64,000 nt of DNA. Source: Macrostomum lignano. Lineage: Eukaryota. This document shows positions 36,139 to 48,821 of this stretch, in pieces; the first letter of the stretch is position 1, and each line of letters begins with the position of its first letter. The DNA lies in contig NIVC01002785.1 of assembly GCA_002269645.1 (NCBI GenBank), positions 9,478 through 73,477 on the forward strand, written 5' to 3'. Made by a program: the position numbers and the translations under genes. Under the pieces are notes generated by a model. It was not told where the DNA came from. It saw only the letters and a list, made by a program, of their open reading frames with translations, and did no database searches.

Positions 36139-37600
36139 GCTCATTACTGGCGCCCCTCAATTCTGGCGCTCATTACTGGCGCCCCTCAATTCTGGCGCTC
36201 ATTAATACTGGCGCCCCTCAATTCTGGCGCTCATTAATACTGGCGCCCCTCAATTCTGGCGCTCATTACTGGCGCCCCTCAATTCTGGCGCTCATTAATA
36301 CTGGCGCCCTTCAATTCTGGCGCTTATTAATACTGGCGCCCTTCAATTCTGGCGCTCATTACTGGTGCCCCTCAATTCTGGCGCTCATTACTGGCGCCCT
36401 TCAATTCTGGCGCTCATTACTGGTGCCCCAGGATTCTGGCGCTCATTACTGGCGCCCCTCAATTCTGGCGCTCATTACTGGCGCCCCTCAATTCTGGCGC
36501 TCATTAATACTGGCGCCCCTCAATTCTGGCACTCATTAATACTGGCGCCCCTCAATTCTGGCGCTCATTACTGGCGCCCCTCAATTCTGGCGCTCATTAA
36601 TACTGGCGCCCCTCAATTCTGGCGCTCATTACTGGTGCCCCAGGATTCTGGCGCTCATTACTGGCGCCCCTCAATTCTGGCGCTCATTAATACTGGCGCC
36701 CTTCAATTCTGGCGCTCATTAATACTGGCGCCCTTCAATTCTGGCGCTCATTAATACTGGCGCCCTTCAATTCTGGCGCTCAATAATACTGGCGCCCTTC
36801 AATTCTGGCGCTCATTAATACTGGCGCCCCTCAATTCTGGCGCTCATTACTGGCGCCCCTCAATTCTGGCGCTCATTAATACTGGCGCCCCTCAATTTTG
36901 GCGCTCATTACTGGCGCCCCTCAATTCTGGCGCTTATTAATACTGGCGCCCTTCAATTCTGGCGCTCCTTGCGCCCTCAATTCTGGCGCTCATTACTGGC
37001 GCCCCTCAATTCTGGCGCTCATTAATACTGGCGCCTCTCAATTCTGGCGCTCATTAGTGGCGCCCCTCAATTCTGGCGCTCATTACTGGCGCCCCTCAAT
37101 TCTGGCGCTCATTACTGGTGCCACAAGATTCTGGAGCTCATTACTGGCGCCCCTCAATTCTGGCGCTCATTACCGCTCATTACTGGCGCCCCTCAATTCT
37201 GGCACTCATTACTGGCGCCCCTCAATTCTGGCGCTCATTACTGGCGCCCCTCAATTCTGGCGCTCATTACTGGTGCCACAAGATTCTGGAGCTCATTACT
37301 GGCGCCCCTCAATTCTGGCGCTCATTACCGCTCATTACTGGCGCCCCTCAATTCTGGCACTCATTACTGGCGCCCCTCAATTCTGGCGCTCATTACTGGC
37401 GCCCCTCAATTCTGGCGCTCATTACTGGCGCCCCTCAATTCTGGCGCTCATTACTGGTGCCCCAAGATTCTGGAGCTCATTACTGGCGCCCCTCAATTCT
37501 GGCGCTCATTACTGGCGCCCCTCAATTCTGGCGCTCATTACTGGTGCCCCAAGATTCTGGAGCTCATTACTGGCGCCCCTCAATTCTGGCGCTCATTACT
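36139..37600. repeat. 29/32-bp minisatellite (ctcattactggcgcccctcaattctggcg)n
   Basis: Tandem units directly visible; sister array at 48822-50370. Confidence 0.95.
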
Positions 37601-37905
37601 GCTGGCAACCACCCAATAAAAATGCAGACTACGCCCGCAACCGTGCATAAAAGACAATTAAATGGTACAACCGTGGAAAGTGAACCGCGGAGAATTCAAA
37701 CTGAGTAGAGTTTTATCTCACAATTCCCAGTGGTTAATTTCGCACTAGCTGTACATGCAATGCAGTCCCAGACCCACAGCCACGCCCAGAGCCAAACCTC
37801 GTGTATATACGAGGAGGCGCTCCGGTTCCTGCTATTCTAACAAAGTTCACAATCCCGAAGACTTTCCGAAGAGCTGCCAAATCTAAACACTGATCCGCAC
37901 GCACA

Positions 37906-38130
37906 ATGCGACTTGGACTGGTTCTCCTGCTGCTGCTCGGGGGTAAGAGACAGAGCTGGGGGACACCGGGAATTCTGCGATGAAATCCGATAAAACCGAC
38001 TAACCAACCAAACTTCCTCATAGCCTTCATGCTGACTGCCGAGGCCATCAATTGCTACACCTGCACGCTGTGCAGCGAGACTTTCAAAATGAGCGAAGTG
38101 TCCACAGCGACCAACTGCACCTACTGCGGA
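37906..38130 (+). CDS. Ly6/uPAR gene L1, exons 1-2 only (37906-37942, 38024-38130)
   Basis: MRLGLVLLLLLG + AFMLTAEAINCYTCTLC...NCTYCG with intact splice sites; no exon 3 seen on the plus strand. Confidence 0.7.
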
Positions 38131-38292
38131 GTGAGTGCTTGCTCTCTTTTATGACCTGAGGAACTTAACAAGGGGGAAACTCCAAGAGGCACAGAGGGAG
38201 AAATAGGGGAGAGACCAAGAGAAGTCCGAGAGAAAGAGAGAGAGAGAGAGAAAGAGAGAGCAGGCAAACTGCTATGATTTCATTTTGACATG

Positions 38293-39725
38293 AGGTCTGC
38301 AGGATAGGTTTTTTAGGTCTGCAGGATAGGTGTTTTAGGTCTGCAGGATAGGTGTTTTAGGTCTGCAGGATAGGTGTTTTAGGTCTGCAGGATAGGTGTT
38401 TTAGGTCTGCAGGATAGGTGTTTTAGGTCTGCAGGATAGGCGTGTTTTAGGTCTGCAGGATAGGTGTTTTAGGTCTGCAGGATAGGCGTGTTTTAGGTCT
38501 GCAGGATAGGTGTTTTAGGTCTGCAGGATAGGTGTTTTAGGTCTGCAGGATAGGTGTTTTAGGTCTGCAGGATAGATGTTTTAGGTCTGCAGGATAGGTG
38601 TTTTAGGTCTGCAGGATAGGCGTGTTTTAGGTCTGCAGGATAGGTGTTTTAGGTCTGCAGGATAGGTGTTTTAGGTCTGCAGGATAGGTGTTTTAGGTCT
38701 GCAGGATAGGTGTTTTAGGTCTGCATGATAGGTGTTTTAGGTCTGCAGGATAGGTGTTTTAGGTCTGCAGGATAGGTGTTTTAGGTCTGCAGGATAGGCG
38801 TGTTTTAGGTCTGCAGGATAGGCGTGTTTTAGTTCTGCATGATAGGTGTTTTAGGTCTGCATGATAGGTGTTTTAGGTCTGCAGGATAGGCGTGTTTTAG
38901 GTCTGCAGGATAGGTGTTTTAGGTCTGCAGGATAGGTGTTTTAGGTCTGCAGGATAGGTGTTTTAGGTCTGCAGGATAGGCGTGTTTTAGGTCTGCAGGA
39001 TAGGCGTGTTTTAGGTCTGCAGGATAGGCGTGTTTTAGGTCTGCAGGATAGGCGCGTTTTAGGTCTGCAGGATAGGCGTGTTTTAGGTCTGCAGGATAGG
39101 TGTTTTAGGTCTGCATGATAGGTGTTTTAGGTCTGTAGGATAGGTGTTTTAGGTCTGCAGGATAGGCGTGTTTTAGGTCTGCAGGATAGGTGTTTTAGGT
39201 CTGCAGGATAGGTGTTTTAGGTCTGCATGATAGGTGTTTTAGGTCTGTAGGATAGGTGTTTTAGGTCTGCAGGATAGGTGTTTTAGGTCTGCAGGATAGG
39301 TGTTTTAGGTCTGCATGATAGGTGTTTTAGGTCTGTAGGATAGGTGTTTTAGGTCTGCAGGATAGGCGTGTTTTAGGTCTGCAGGATAGGCGTGTTTTAG
39401 GTCTGCAGGATAGGTGTTTTAGGTCTGCATGATAGGTGTTTTAGGTCTGCAGGATAGGCGTGTTTTAGGTCTGCAGGATAGGCGTGTTTTAGGTCTGCAG
39501 GATAGGCGTGTTTTAGGTCTGCAGGATAGGTGTTTTAGGTCTGCAGGATAGGCGTGTTTTAGTTCCGCATGATAGGTGTTTTAGGTCTGCATGATAGGTG
39601 TTTTAGGTCTGCAGGATAGGCGTGTTTTAGGTCTGCAGGATAGGTGTTTTAGGTCTGCATGATAGGTGTTTTAGGTCTGCAGGATAGGCGTGTTTTAGGT
39701 CTGCAAGATAGGCGTGTTTTAGGTC
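38293..39725. repeat. 22/24-bp minisatellite, array 2
   Basis: Tandem units directly visible. Confidence 0.95.
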
Positions 39726-40166
39726 TGATTTTGTCTCTTTGGAAGTTGATTTAGTGCTTTTTGTGTAGTGAATAATTTCCACAAAGCCCCTGTATCAGCA
39801 TTTTACAAATAAGCAAAATTATTTTGCCAATAGGCGGTCAGTACTGGCTTGCTAAGAGTTTGTTAAAAGCTGAAGAAACTACAAATTAAAAAAAATGAAT
39901 ATCGTGGTTTAATAGTAAGTTAGACAAGCAAGTCTGCTGCTGACATTGATCTAAACCAAATAAATAAAAAATAAAAAACGTAAACAGAGGATTTTGAGAA
40001 TATTTTGATATGGAGGTTAGGTACAGGCAATCGAGTCCATACTTAAAAAACAAAACTTGATGCTGAGGGATCTGGCAATTTGTTTATATGAGTTCAGCTG
40101 ATTAAGTTTAGCGTAAATTTAGAGTTCCTATCGTATCAGAATCTTCTGCTGTTGCTAAGCAGTGGC

Positions 40167-40641
40167 TCACAGCCGGCAGCTGATGGCGGCCAGGGCGGCA
40201 GCTGGCAGCAGCAGCAGCCAGGAGAGGCTGCGGAGGCGCTCACCGGAGTTGCAGCGGTCCCTACCGCAGCAGTAGACGTAGTTTCCAGCGGAGTCCCTTC
40301 CCTCGATGCAAAGGCTGGCGCATACGCGGTTCACAGTTGTGGTGCCGTAGTACCTGTATTTCTGCAATTAGTCATGCGGAATGACATATGAGCTGGTCAG
40401 ACTGACTGTCTGTCAGTTTTAATTTAACTCACTCCGCAGTAGGTGCAGCCGTTAGCAATGGAGTTCTGGCTACTGTAGAATGTCTCGCTGCATGTTGTGC
40501 AGGTGTAGCACTGGATCGCATCGGCGCTGAGCGTCACGGCTGCAAGGGCGAACTATTGCAAATTAGAAATTAAGAAGCTAAGGTCAATAAGTCACTTCGC
40601 CACTCACCTCCGAGCACCAGGAGAAGCAGAGCGAAACGCAT
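40167..40641 (-). CDS. Complete Ly6/uPAR three-finger GPI-type protein L3, 111 aa (exons 40641-40608, 40539-40433, 40361-40167)
   Basis: Signal peptide, 10 Cys ending in CC...CN, hydrophobic C-terminus; exon phases join in frame. Confidence 0.9.
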
Positions 40642-41065
40642 GGTTGCTCTTGGTAAGGGCTTGTACTTTTCTTCCTATAAGAGCTCTGTAGCTTTTTAAA
40701 AAATGTAGTTTGAGCTTATAGACTGCATGGATGAGGGCAGTTTTATGTAGGGGTTTTGTTCCCATGACAAAGCTTCTCAAAAAAATTGAGAAGACAATAA
40801 GGCATTCCTAAGTGTAAGAAGCGGCAGGTTTGCTGCCTCACCCAACACGCAGCGCTGGATGCTAAAGGGCTGGGCATTGCACTGAGTTGCCGCGTCAGTT
40901 CATAGAAGGCTTAAAATCTATGCTTGTTTACCGCCAGTGTGGCATTCAATTTGACAGGCATTGTCCCATTTCTGCTATTCGCAATATTTTGCTCTAGTAG
41001 ATGTGGGTGCGCCCCCTGCACAAACATTTTAAGCCAGCTAGCCAGACAGTTGGGTACGATGCGGC

Positions 41066-41338
41066 GCTAAGTTCACGAAGATTTCTCAAATCTGTTTACA
41101 GTTGGTCTAGGGCTAAGTTCACGAAGATTTCTCAAATCTGTTTACAGTTGGTCTAGGGCTAAGTTCACGAAGATTTCTCAAATCTGTTTACAGTTGGTCT
41201 AGGGCTAAGTTCACGAAGATTTCTTAAATCTGTTTACAGTTGGTCTAGGGCTAAGTTCACGAAGATTTCTTAAATCTGTTTACAGTTGGTCTAGGGCTAA
41301 GTTCACGAAGATTTCTTAAATCTGTTTACAGTTGGTCA
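41066..41338. repeat. 46-bp tandem repeat x6
   Basis: gctaagttcacgaagatttctcaaatctgtttacagttggtctagg units. Confidence 0.92.
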
Positions 41339-41449
41339 AGCCCCGTTCTTAATTTGAGTTACGCTCGTACCTATGCATGCACCAGAGGCATAGCCAAATG
41401 GGGGGGGGGGGCGAGGGGGACCGCGGCCTTACAATTGGCTGGCAACAAT

Positions 41450-41550
41450 TGTGGCGCCCCTTGGTGCTGGCGCACCTTGGTGCTGGCGCCCCTTGGTGCT
41501 GGCGCCCCTTGGTGCTGGCGCCCCTTAGTGCTGGCGCCCCTTAGTGCTGG
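41450..41550. repeat. 17-bp GGCGCC-core repeat, same unit as 1217-1450
   Basis: ttggtgctggcgcccc units. Confidence 0.85.
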
Positions 41551-42120
41551 CGTTCTTTCTTTTCCCGCCCGCTGTGTAGATGTACTCATACATAAATACA
41601 GAAATGTTTCAAGAACATCTGTTTGCAAACATATTTGGCTGGGGTATAAATATACAATACAACTTAAGGCCAACTTAAGCTAAAGTTCGTATGTACCCCA
41701 AATCAGTCAGTCTGACTGTCTCAACACAGCATTGGCGTCGCAATCTGGGCCCCGCAAGCTAGGTTTTCCTTGTAATGGTTTAAAATTTTTCAATTTATTT
41801 AAGTTTTTGGAGCAGTGCAGCAATTGGCTGGCACTGAAAATCAAAACCAAGCCAGTAACTATTACAGAAGGGAGTTAGTTATCGCAAAAGACAAAAAATG
41901 AACAGAGCTCACTGGGACTGTTTGCTGCAAATGAAGTACACAGGTAGAATAACTAGAGTCTAATAACTAGAATATTTGTTAAAACTAGTAAAATACTAAC
42001 AAAACCCATCAACTGGTGAAATATCCTATGTAACGGGTAATTTAATTATGACAGTGAGTTGTCTACAGTTTACTCGTTGTTATCTTGGGTAGTAGTGACT
42101 TGCAAGTTGCAAGTTACAAA

Positions 42121-43830
42121 TTAAGGCACAGTTGGCTCAGATATGAAATGAATTGTAGTTGACAATAGCTTGCAGTAGACACGTGCTATATTGAGGATGA
42201 TTAAGGGGCGCTTATAGCGCTGCCAGGTGGCTTCGAAGTCACTGTGGGCTGATTCAACAGGCTGTTCACTGAAGCTACCAAGTCCCTTGCCAAACTTACT
42301 GCAGAATGCTGGCACATGGTCAAAAAGCGCGTGCATCTTTGGCGTCACTGGAAGCTCGATGTACCTGCATGTTGTCTGGAAGCGAGCAATGTGGAGACTA
42401 AAGTCAGCTGCCAGACTTTGGCCAAAGCAAGCTTCGCGCACAGCATTGAAGTCATGAAGTGCAGTTGCGTAGAGCTTCAGGTGTGCAGGCAGCACGCTCC
42501 ACAGCTCACCCGTCTTCAGGAGGAGCTTCTTGCATGCTGGGCCCTCCAGGCAACCTCCGTGGTACTGCTGCCGGCAGATGCCTGCTTCATAGGCCCACTC
42601 GTAGGCCAATTGCCTCCCCAGCTTTCATTGAGAGCATCAAGCAGCCGGTTTACAATGCCAAGCATCATGTGCAACTCTGGCGGTGGTACCAAGTCTAGCA
42701 GTTCAGCAGAGTCGCTCCCAGGTAGCAGTGGGGGCTGGACGCAGTTGGCAAAGTTTTTTTGGCTAGAGGCTGGTGTCCACCAGCTGCCTGAAACTCACCT
42801 GCAAGGCGTTGAATTGAGCCGAGCGTCCGCCTTTGTGCTGGCACTTCCCATGGCGGCCTGCCCTCACAGTGCAGGCAGGGATGCGATGAAGAGTGGCTCT
42901 GGATCCCGCTAATAATGTTGGCGAGTTTAAAATCGCAGGCTAACGTGAAGTTGATGAAGGTAATGTCGATGGTTGACATTAGTACACTAACGTTCTGGTA
43001 GCATTCTCTGACATCCTCAACAAGGGCTGCAGGATGAGGATCTTTTTCACTCCTGTGGCGCCCACCAAGAGACAGTGGCGCCCACCAAGAGACAGTGGCA
43101 GTGACTCATCCCCCTCTCTTGCGCAACCTTTTCTCACGCCATTGTACGTTTCTCTGATCACCTGAGCCGCACGTAGCGTCTGGCTGGTGCTGAGGTTCAG
43201 TGCAGTCTTCATGGCCCGCATTGTGCTATGTTGCAGCGATGCAATCTCAGTAGTTGATGTACCAGCCACTTGAACTTGGAGTGGGCGTCCACCTGTGCCA
43301 GAAGTCAAGCTTGCAGTTGCTAAGGAGCCAGAAGAGGTGGCTGCACCCAGCTTCTCACGCAGAAGACCGCAGGCTACGTGCTCCCTTGAGTTTGGGCTTA
43401 GGGCATCAAGATAGCGCAGCTTTGCCGCCTGTCCACACTCGTGCCTCAATCCACGCGCCACTGGCGATGAGCACGTCTCACAGCGGTTGACAACACTGTT
43501 TCCCATCGGCCCAGTTGCATTATTTGGAGCCAAGTGGCGTCATGATCCCTGCTGTAGACTTATCTGGCATGAAGCGGTGATACACTGCCACATTCTTGTT
43601 GGCTCTGCTGGATCCCACATGGCACATCCAGCAGTTGCACTCGGGGCGTTCGCGAGTGAGTGGTGGAAGATCGCGCAGATCTGCAATAACTTGCTCGTAG
43701 AGCATTCTTGGTGGCAGAGGTGTTGGTGCAAGGCTGTTTTGCGACATCAGCTTGATTCTGCAACAATTGCAGATACTGGAAGCCAGAAATCCTCGATGGC
43801 CCTGGAGTGAATTATTCAGCACAATATTGT
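42121..43830 (-). pseudogene. Chapaev-like (CMC/Transib-related DDE) transposase relic
   Basis: N-terminal C-x2-C...C-x-C-x2-C finger; GVKKILIL; DFKLANIISGIQSHSSSHPCLHC; YHGG..EGPACKKLL; TPKMH..H; SEQPVESAH. Frameshifted, and matching TIRs were not found. Confidence 0.75.
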
Positions 43831-44379
43831 GAGCAGAAACACAATTTTCAGGTGTACAGCGATTTTAGCCAGGTATGGGCAGGTAAAAGAGCACTTATGA
43901 ACCAAAAGTGACTGAGAAAGAAGAGAAATATAAATCCTATCTAGTTTTAGTCTTTTCATAGGTGCAGGATAGTCACCATGTTCTTCCCTAAGCTTCTAGT
44001 CCTTCTTGTAGTACCCACCTGGTACAAAACATCTGTGTACTAATTAGCACACCTGTACGCTATACAGACAATGCGATAGGATTTCAACGATTGCTTTTTT
44101 GGACTTCTGTTAAGTCAAAGATTCATGGGAAATCAGTATTTTTCAGGGTATATTTCATTGACCAAACTCACTCTTCAGGGGAGACGTGGGGGTTTTGAGT
44201 TTTAAGTGAATATGAGTTGCCAGCCCAGCCGAGGAGGCCGCCACTGCAAATTAAATAAGCGCCAAAAAAGTACACAGTGCATAGAATAGCTCCTGGCACA
44301 TTGTTGGTGCCACGGATCAACATCTCGCCACCAGAGCAATTCCTGCCACAACAGGGACCGCCAACGAGGCCGTGGAATG

Positions 44380-44905
44380 ACTGGAAGAGCCAGTTTGGCA
44401 ACAACATGTACCTTTGTGGCGGCGACAAGACACGAGAAAGAGGTGCTGAAGGATAGCGGATCCTCTTGGCGATGCAGGCATCGCGCCACCACAGAATTCG
44501 AGTCGGGAACAGACCCCGCCGGGATTCGACGGGACCGTGAAGCTGCTGAAGGAGCAGTTTGGTGGCAAGACCAACGTGGCGACGCTGAGCGCCACAGTTT
44601 TCGGCAGCGAGGGCAGCCACCCGGGAAGAAAATTGCTTGTAGAGCATCATTGAGTCACAAAACTCTACTACAACGACAGCAGCGAGGAGGACCCAGTGGA
44701 GCTCCAGGTGAACGCCGTCCTGTTAATGTGGGCACTGCAGATCGTGAGCCCAAGCGAACTGGCCCAAGCATCTCTACAGGACCCGGAGGTCAGCCGTTCT
44801 GGCTGATCAAGGAGCAGCTCCCAGTCTGGAATGAAGGCAAGTGCCTGGCGAATGGGTTGCGCGCGGCTGGTGATTCCCGCTTCGCTGAGGGAGAACTGCT
44901 GGCGC
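44380..44905 (+). pseudogene. Degenerate Ty3/gypsy gag/pol fragments
   Basis: LLKEQF...(A)ERHSFRQRGQPPG gag-like motif and ELAQASLQDPEV linker-like motif in shifted frames. Confidence 0.45.
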
Positions 44906-46985
44906 ACTCTCTGTCCCTCCCGCTTTCCTCTCTCTGTCTCTCCCCGCTTTCCCCTCTCTGTCTCTTCCCGCTTTCCCCTCTGTCTCACTCCGCTTTCCCC
45001 TCTCTCTGTCTCACTCCGCTTTCCCCTCTCTCCCCTCTGTCTTGTCTTTCCCCGCTTTCCTCTCTGTCTCTTCCCGCTTTCCCCTCTCTGTCTCTTCCCG
45101 CTTTCCCCTCTCTGTCTCACTCCGCTTTCCCCTCTCTCTGTCTCACTCCGCTTTCCCCTCTATGTCTTTCCCCGCTTTCCCCTCTGTCTCTTCCCGCTTT
45201 CCCCTATCTGTCTCTTCCCGCTTTCCCCTCTGTCTCTCCCCGCTTTCCCCTCTCTGTCTCACTCCGCTTTCCCCTCTCTTTGTCTCACTCCGCTTTCCCC
45301 TCTGTCTCTTCCCGCTTTCCCCTATCTGTCTCTTCCCGCTTTCCCCTCTGTCTCTTCCCGCTTTCCCCTCTCTGTCTCACTCCGCTTTCCCCTCTCTGTC
45401 TCTCCCCGCTTTCCCCCTCTGTCTCTCCCCGCTTTCCCCTCTCTGTCTCTCCCCGCTTTCCCCTCTCTGTCTCTTCCCGCTTTCCCCTCTCTGTCTCTCC
45501 CCGCTTTCCCCTCTCTGTCTCTTCCCGCTTTCCCCTCTCTGTCTCTCCCCGCTTTCCCCTCTCTGTCTCTTCCCGCTTTCCCTCTCTGTCTCTCCCCGCT
45601 TTCCTCTCTGTCTCTTCCCGCTTTCCCCTCTGTCTCTTCCCGCTTTCCCCTCTGTCTCTTCCCGCTTTCCCCTCTCTGTCTCACTCCGCTTTCCCCTCTC
45701 TGTCTCTCCCCGCTTTCCCCTCTCTGTCTCTCCCCGCTTTCCCCTCTCTGTCTCTCCCCGCTTTCCCCTCTCTGTCTCTCCCCGCTTTCCCCTCTCTGTC
45801 TTTCCCCGCTTTCTCTTCTCTGTCTCTCCCCGCTTTCCTCTCTGTCTTTCCCCGCTTTCTCTTCTCTGTCTCTCCCCGCTTTCCTCTCTGTCTCTCCCCG
45901 CTTTCTCCTCTGTCTCTCCCCTCTTTCCCATCTCTGTCTCTCCCGCTTTCTCCTCTGTCTCTCCCCTCTTTCCCATCTCTGTCTCTCCCCGCTTTCCCCT
46001 CTCTGTCTTTCCCCGCTTTCTCCTCTCTGTCTCTCCCCGCTTTCCCCTCTCTGTCTCACTCCGCTTTCCCCTCTCTGTCTCTCCCCGCTTTCTCCTCTCT
46101 GTCTCTCCCCGCTTTCCCCTCTCTGTCTCTCCCCGCTTTCCCCTCTCTGTCTCTCCCCGCTTTCCCCTCTCTGTCTTTCCCCGCTTTCTCTTCTCTGTCT
46201 CTCCCCGCTTTCCTCTCTGTCTTTCCCCGCTTTCTCTTCTCTGTCTCTCCCCGCTTTCCCCTCTCTGTCTCTCCCCGCTTTCTCCTCTCTCTCCCCTCTT
46301 TCCCATCTCTGTCTTTCCCCGCTTTCCCTCTGTCTCTCCCGCTTTCCTCTCTGTCTCCCCCGCTTTCCCTCTGTCTCTCCCCGCTTTCCTCTCTGTCTCT
46401 CCCCGCTTTCCCTCTGTCTCCCCCTTTTCTCTGTCTCTCCCGCTTTCCCTCTCTGCTCTTCCCCGCTTTCTCTCTCTGTCTCGCTTTCCCCTCTCTGTCT
46501 CTTCCCCGCTTTCCCCTCTCTGTCTCTCCCCGCTTTCCCCTCTCTGTCTCTCCGCTTTCCCCTCTCTGTCTCTCCCCGCTTTCCCCTCTCTGTCTTCCCC
46601 GCTTTCTCCTCTCTGTCTCTGCTTTCCCCTCTCTGTCTCTCCCCGCTTTCCCCTCTCTGTCTCTCCCCGCTTTCCCCTCTCTGTCTCTCCCCGCTTTCCC
46701 CTCTCTCCCTCACTGTCTGCTTTCCCCACTGTCTCTCCCCGCTTTCCCCTCTCTGTCTCTTCCCCGCTTTCCCCTCTGTCTCTCCGCTTTCCCCTCTCTC
46801 CCCTCTGTCTTTCCCCGCTTTCCCCTCTGTCTCTCCCCGCTTTCCCCTCTCTGTCTCTTCCCCGCTTTCCCTCTGTCTCTGTCCCCCGCTTTCCCCTCTC
46901 TGTCTCTCTCCGCTTTCCCCTCTGTCTCTCTCCGCTTTCCCCTCTCTGTCTCTCCTCGCTTTCCCCTCTCTCTCCGCTGTCCCCT
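44905..46985. repeat. Polypyrimidine satellite, ~24-bp unit (ccccgctttcccctctctgtctct)n
   Basis: About 2.1 kb of degenerate tandem units. Confidence 0.95.
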
Positions 46986-48050
46986 CTTTAAAAGTTCATC
47001 AAGAACTTTAACAGGCTCCTTAGTAAAGTCAAAGTGAAACAGAAATAAATTGTAAACCTAAATCTGGAGCTGCAAATTTCCCACTCGTCACGGTTGCGTG
47101 TTAAACAAACTGGATACGAGTGGCGAGAAAAGTTTACGTTTAAACTGAGATGCTCCCGAATAACATTTCAAGTTTGCTGCACCCGCCCCTTCTCATTTTG
47201 CATGGCCTGCGCGAATATAGGCTGGGTCTAGCAACACGCCAAATGCTTGCCACTCAATATTAGTAAAAGCATAGGCAGGTCGCGCGCACGGTTGCTATGC
47301 AAGTTTTCAACAAAAATATTTATAAAAAATGTCATAAATCTTTCCGAATCCAACTGTCACCAACCCCCCTTTGAGCAGCCGAGCAGCCCCAAACCAGTGC
47401 TGTCGACCCCCTGGGGGTAGTTGAAGCCCCACTTCAGAAAACCCCTCTGCTAAATAGACACGCGGTGTGCTGTGGTTTCAGCCTCAAAATTATCAGGAGC
47501 AGTGGCCCTGGAAATTATAATTGTCTTTTCAAATTCATGTGCGCACCTATCCATACCTGAGAGTTTTGGGGGCCTTTCGTTTGGGGCTAGAGAGATTCGT
47601 TTCTGTTTCTACAGCTTTCCTCACGAGTGCACACAATAGCCGACCTCAAATGGAACACCGCCTGTCAAGGCGAGCCCGAAACCTTAGCTATCACTTCTGT
47701 ATTTTTGCTAGATGAGGCGCCTGCTATGGGTTTGTTATACTGTAGTCCCACAGATTCTGAGTTTATTTGCAATTGCAACTGCGTCAAATTATTTTTGAAA
47801 ATAGAATGCCAGTCCAATAGGACAATTACAGAACTGCGTAACAGAAAACTGGAGCCATCACCCGCCTCTGCACACACTTAGAAGCATGGATGCTTGAATG
47901 GTGCAACCAACCCCATGAGGCTCCATAGCAACCGCTGGCGGTGTATATAATTACCCGAGCTGAGCGGCAACGGCACCCAGCCAAGCCGAGCTTCAACAGC
48001 CTTCAATTCCATAGCCATATTTTGCCGTTCGCTGTTGCGCCTGCCACAGA

Positions 48051-48272
48051 ATGCGCGTCGCCCTGCTACTGCTTGTGCTCGGAGGTAAATTCCTTGTAGC
48101 TTAATAGCCATCTTATTTGATAGCAGTAATCTATAATCATTTTAAACTCCACCCTTCCCGGTTGAAATCCCGCAGCCTCCATGCTGACCGCTGAGGCCAT
48201 CAGTTGCAATTTTCTCTGCAGAGATCAATTTCAAGAGCAGCGAAGTGACATCATACCGGCTGCATATGCGGG
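48051..48272 (+). pseudogene. Ly6/uPAR gene L4, exon 1 intact and exon 2 frameshifted
   Basis: MRVALLLLVLG (48051-48084, GT donor). Exon 2 from 48176 (SMLTAEAISC) loses Cys and frame; TATATAA at ~47945. Confidence 0.65.
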
Positions 48273-48821
48273 GTGATGCTAGATTTTTATCGATACTTAG
48301 CTACTGCAATAAGCACTGGTGCGGACAATCGCGCAAAATCTAATTGCGCATTTAAACAATTGAGCGTCATCAGACACGGTGCTCATCTTCTTTTGTTGTA
48401 TTTGATTTGCGCTTGGGTGGTTTGTTAGGCCTTCAGTATCCCACCGCTGGCACCAAATATTGTACCTGTGCTTCTCTGGCTGCGCTAGCACAGTGTTGTA
48501 GGCTCTCCGTCTTCTGCAATCGGAAGCCTTCTCAGTAGCGTTGGTAGTGCTGTCACCAGTCACTTCGGGTCTCAGCCTTCGGTGAGGTGAGGATCCCGTC
48601 GGAAAGAAATAACAAAGAAGAGAGAACACAGCACTTCAGGCAGATTTGCGATTTTACATGTAGACTAATTAATAGTCAGCAGATCCTACCGGGCTCAGTG
48701 GGTCGGCTGGGAGGACGGTGTTAGCCTCAGAGCAGACTCAGAGGTCTGGATTTAGGAGGGGAACTGTTTTACGAAATGTTATACAAATATGCACACAATT
48801 TCTCCTTGGTGCAATTATGGC

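Noticed and set aside
44377-47037. 886-, 726- and 649-aa ORFs and their antisense partners
   Set aside because: Translations of a stop-free polypyrimidine satellite; no protein features.
48297-48629. 110-aa minus-strand ORF, vaguely transposase-like
   Set aside because: No diagnostic motif recognisable; left unassigned.
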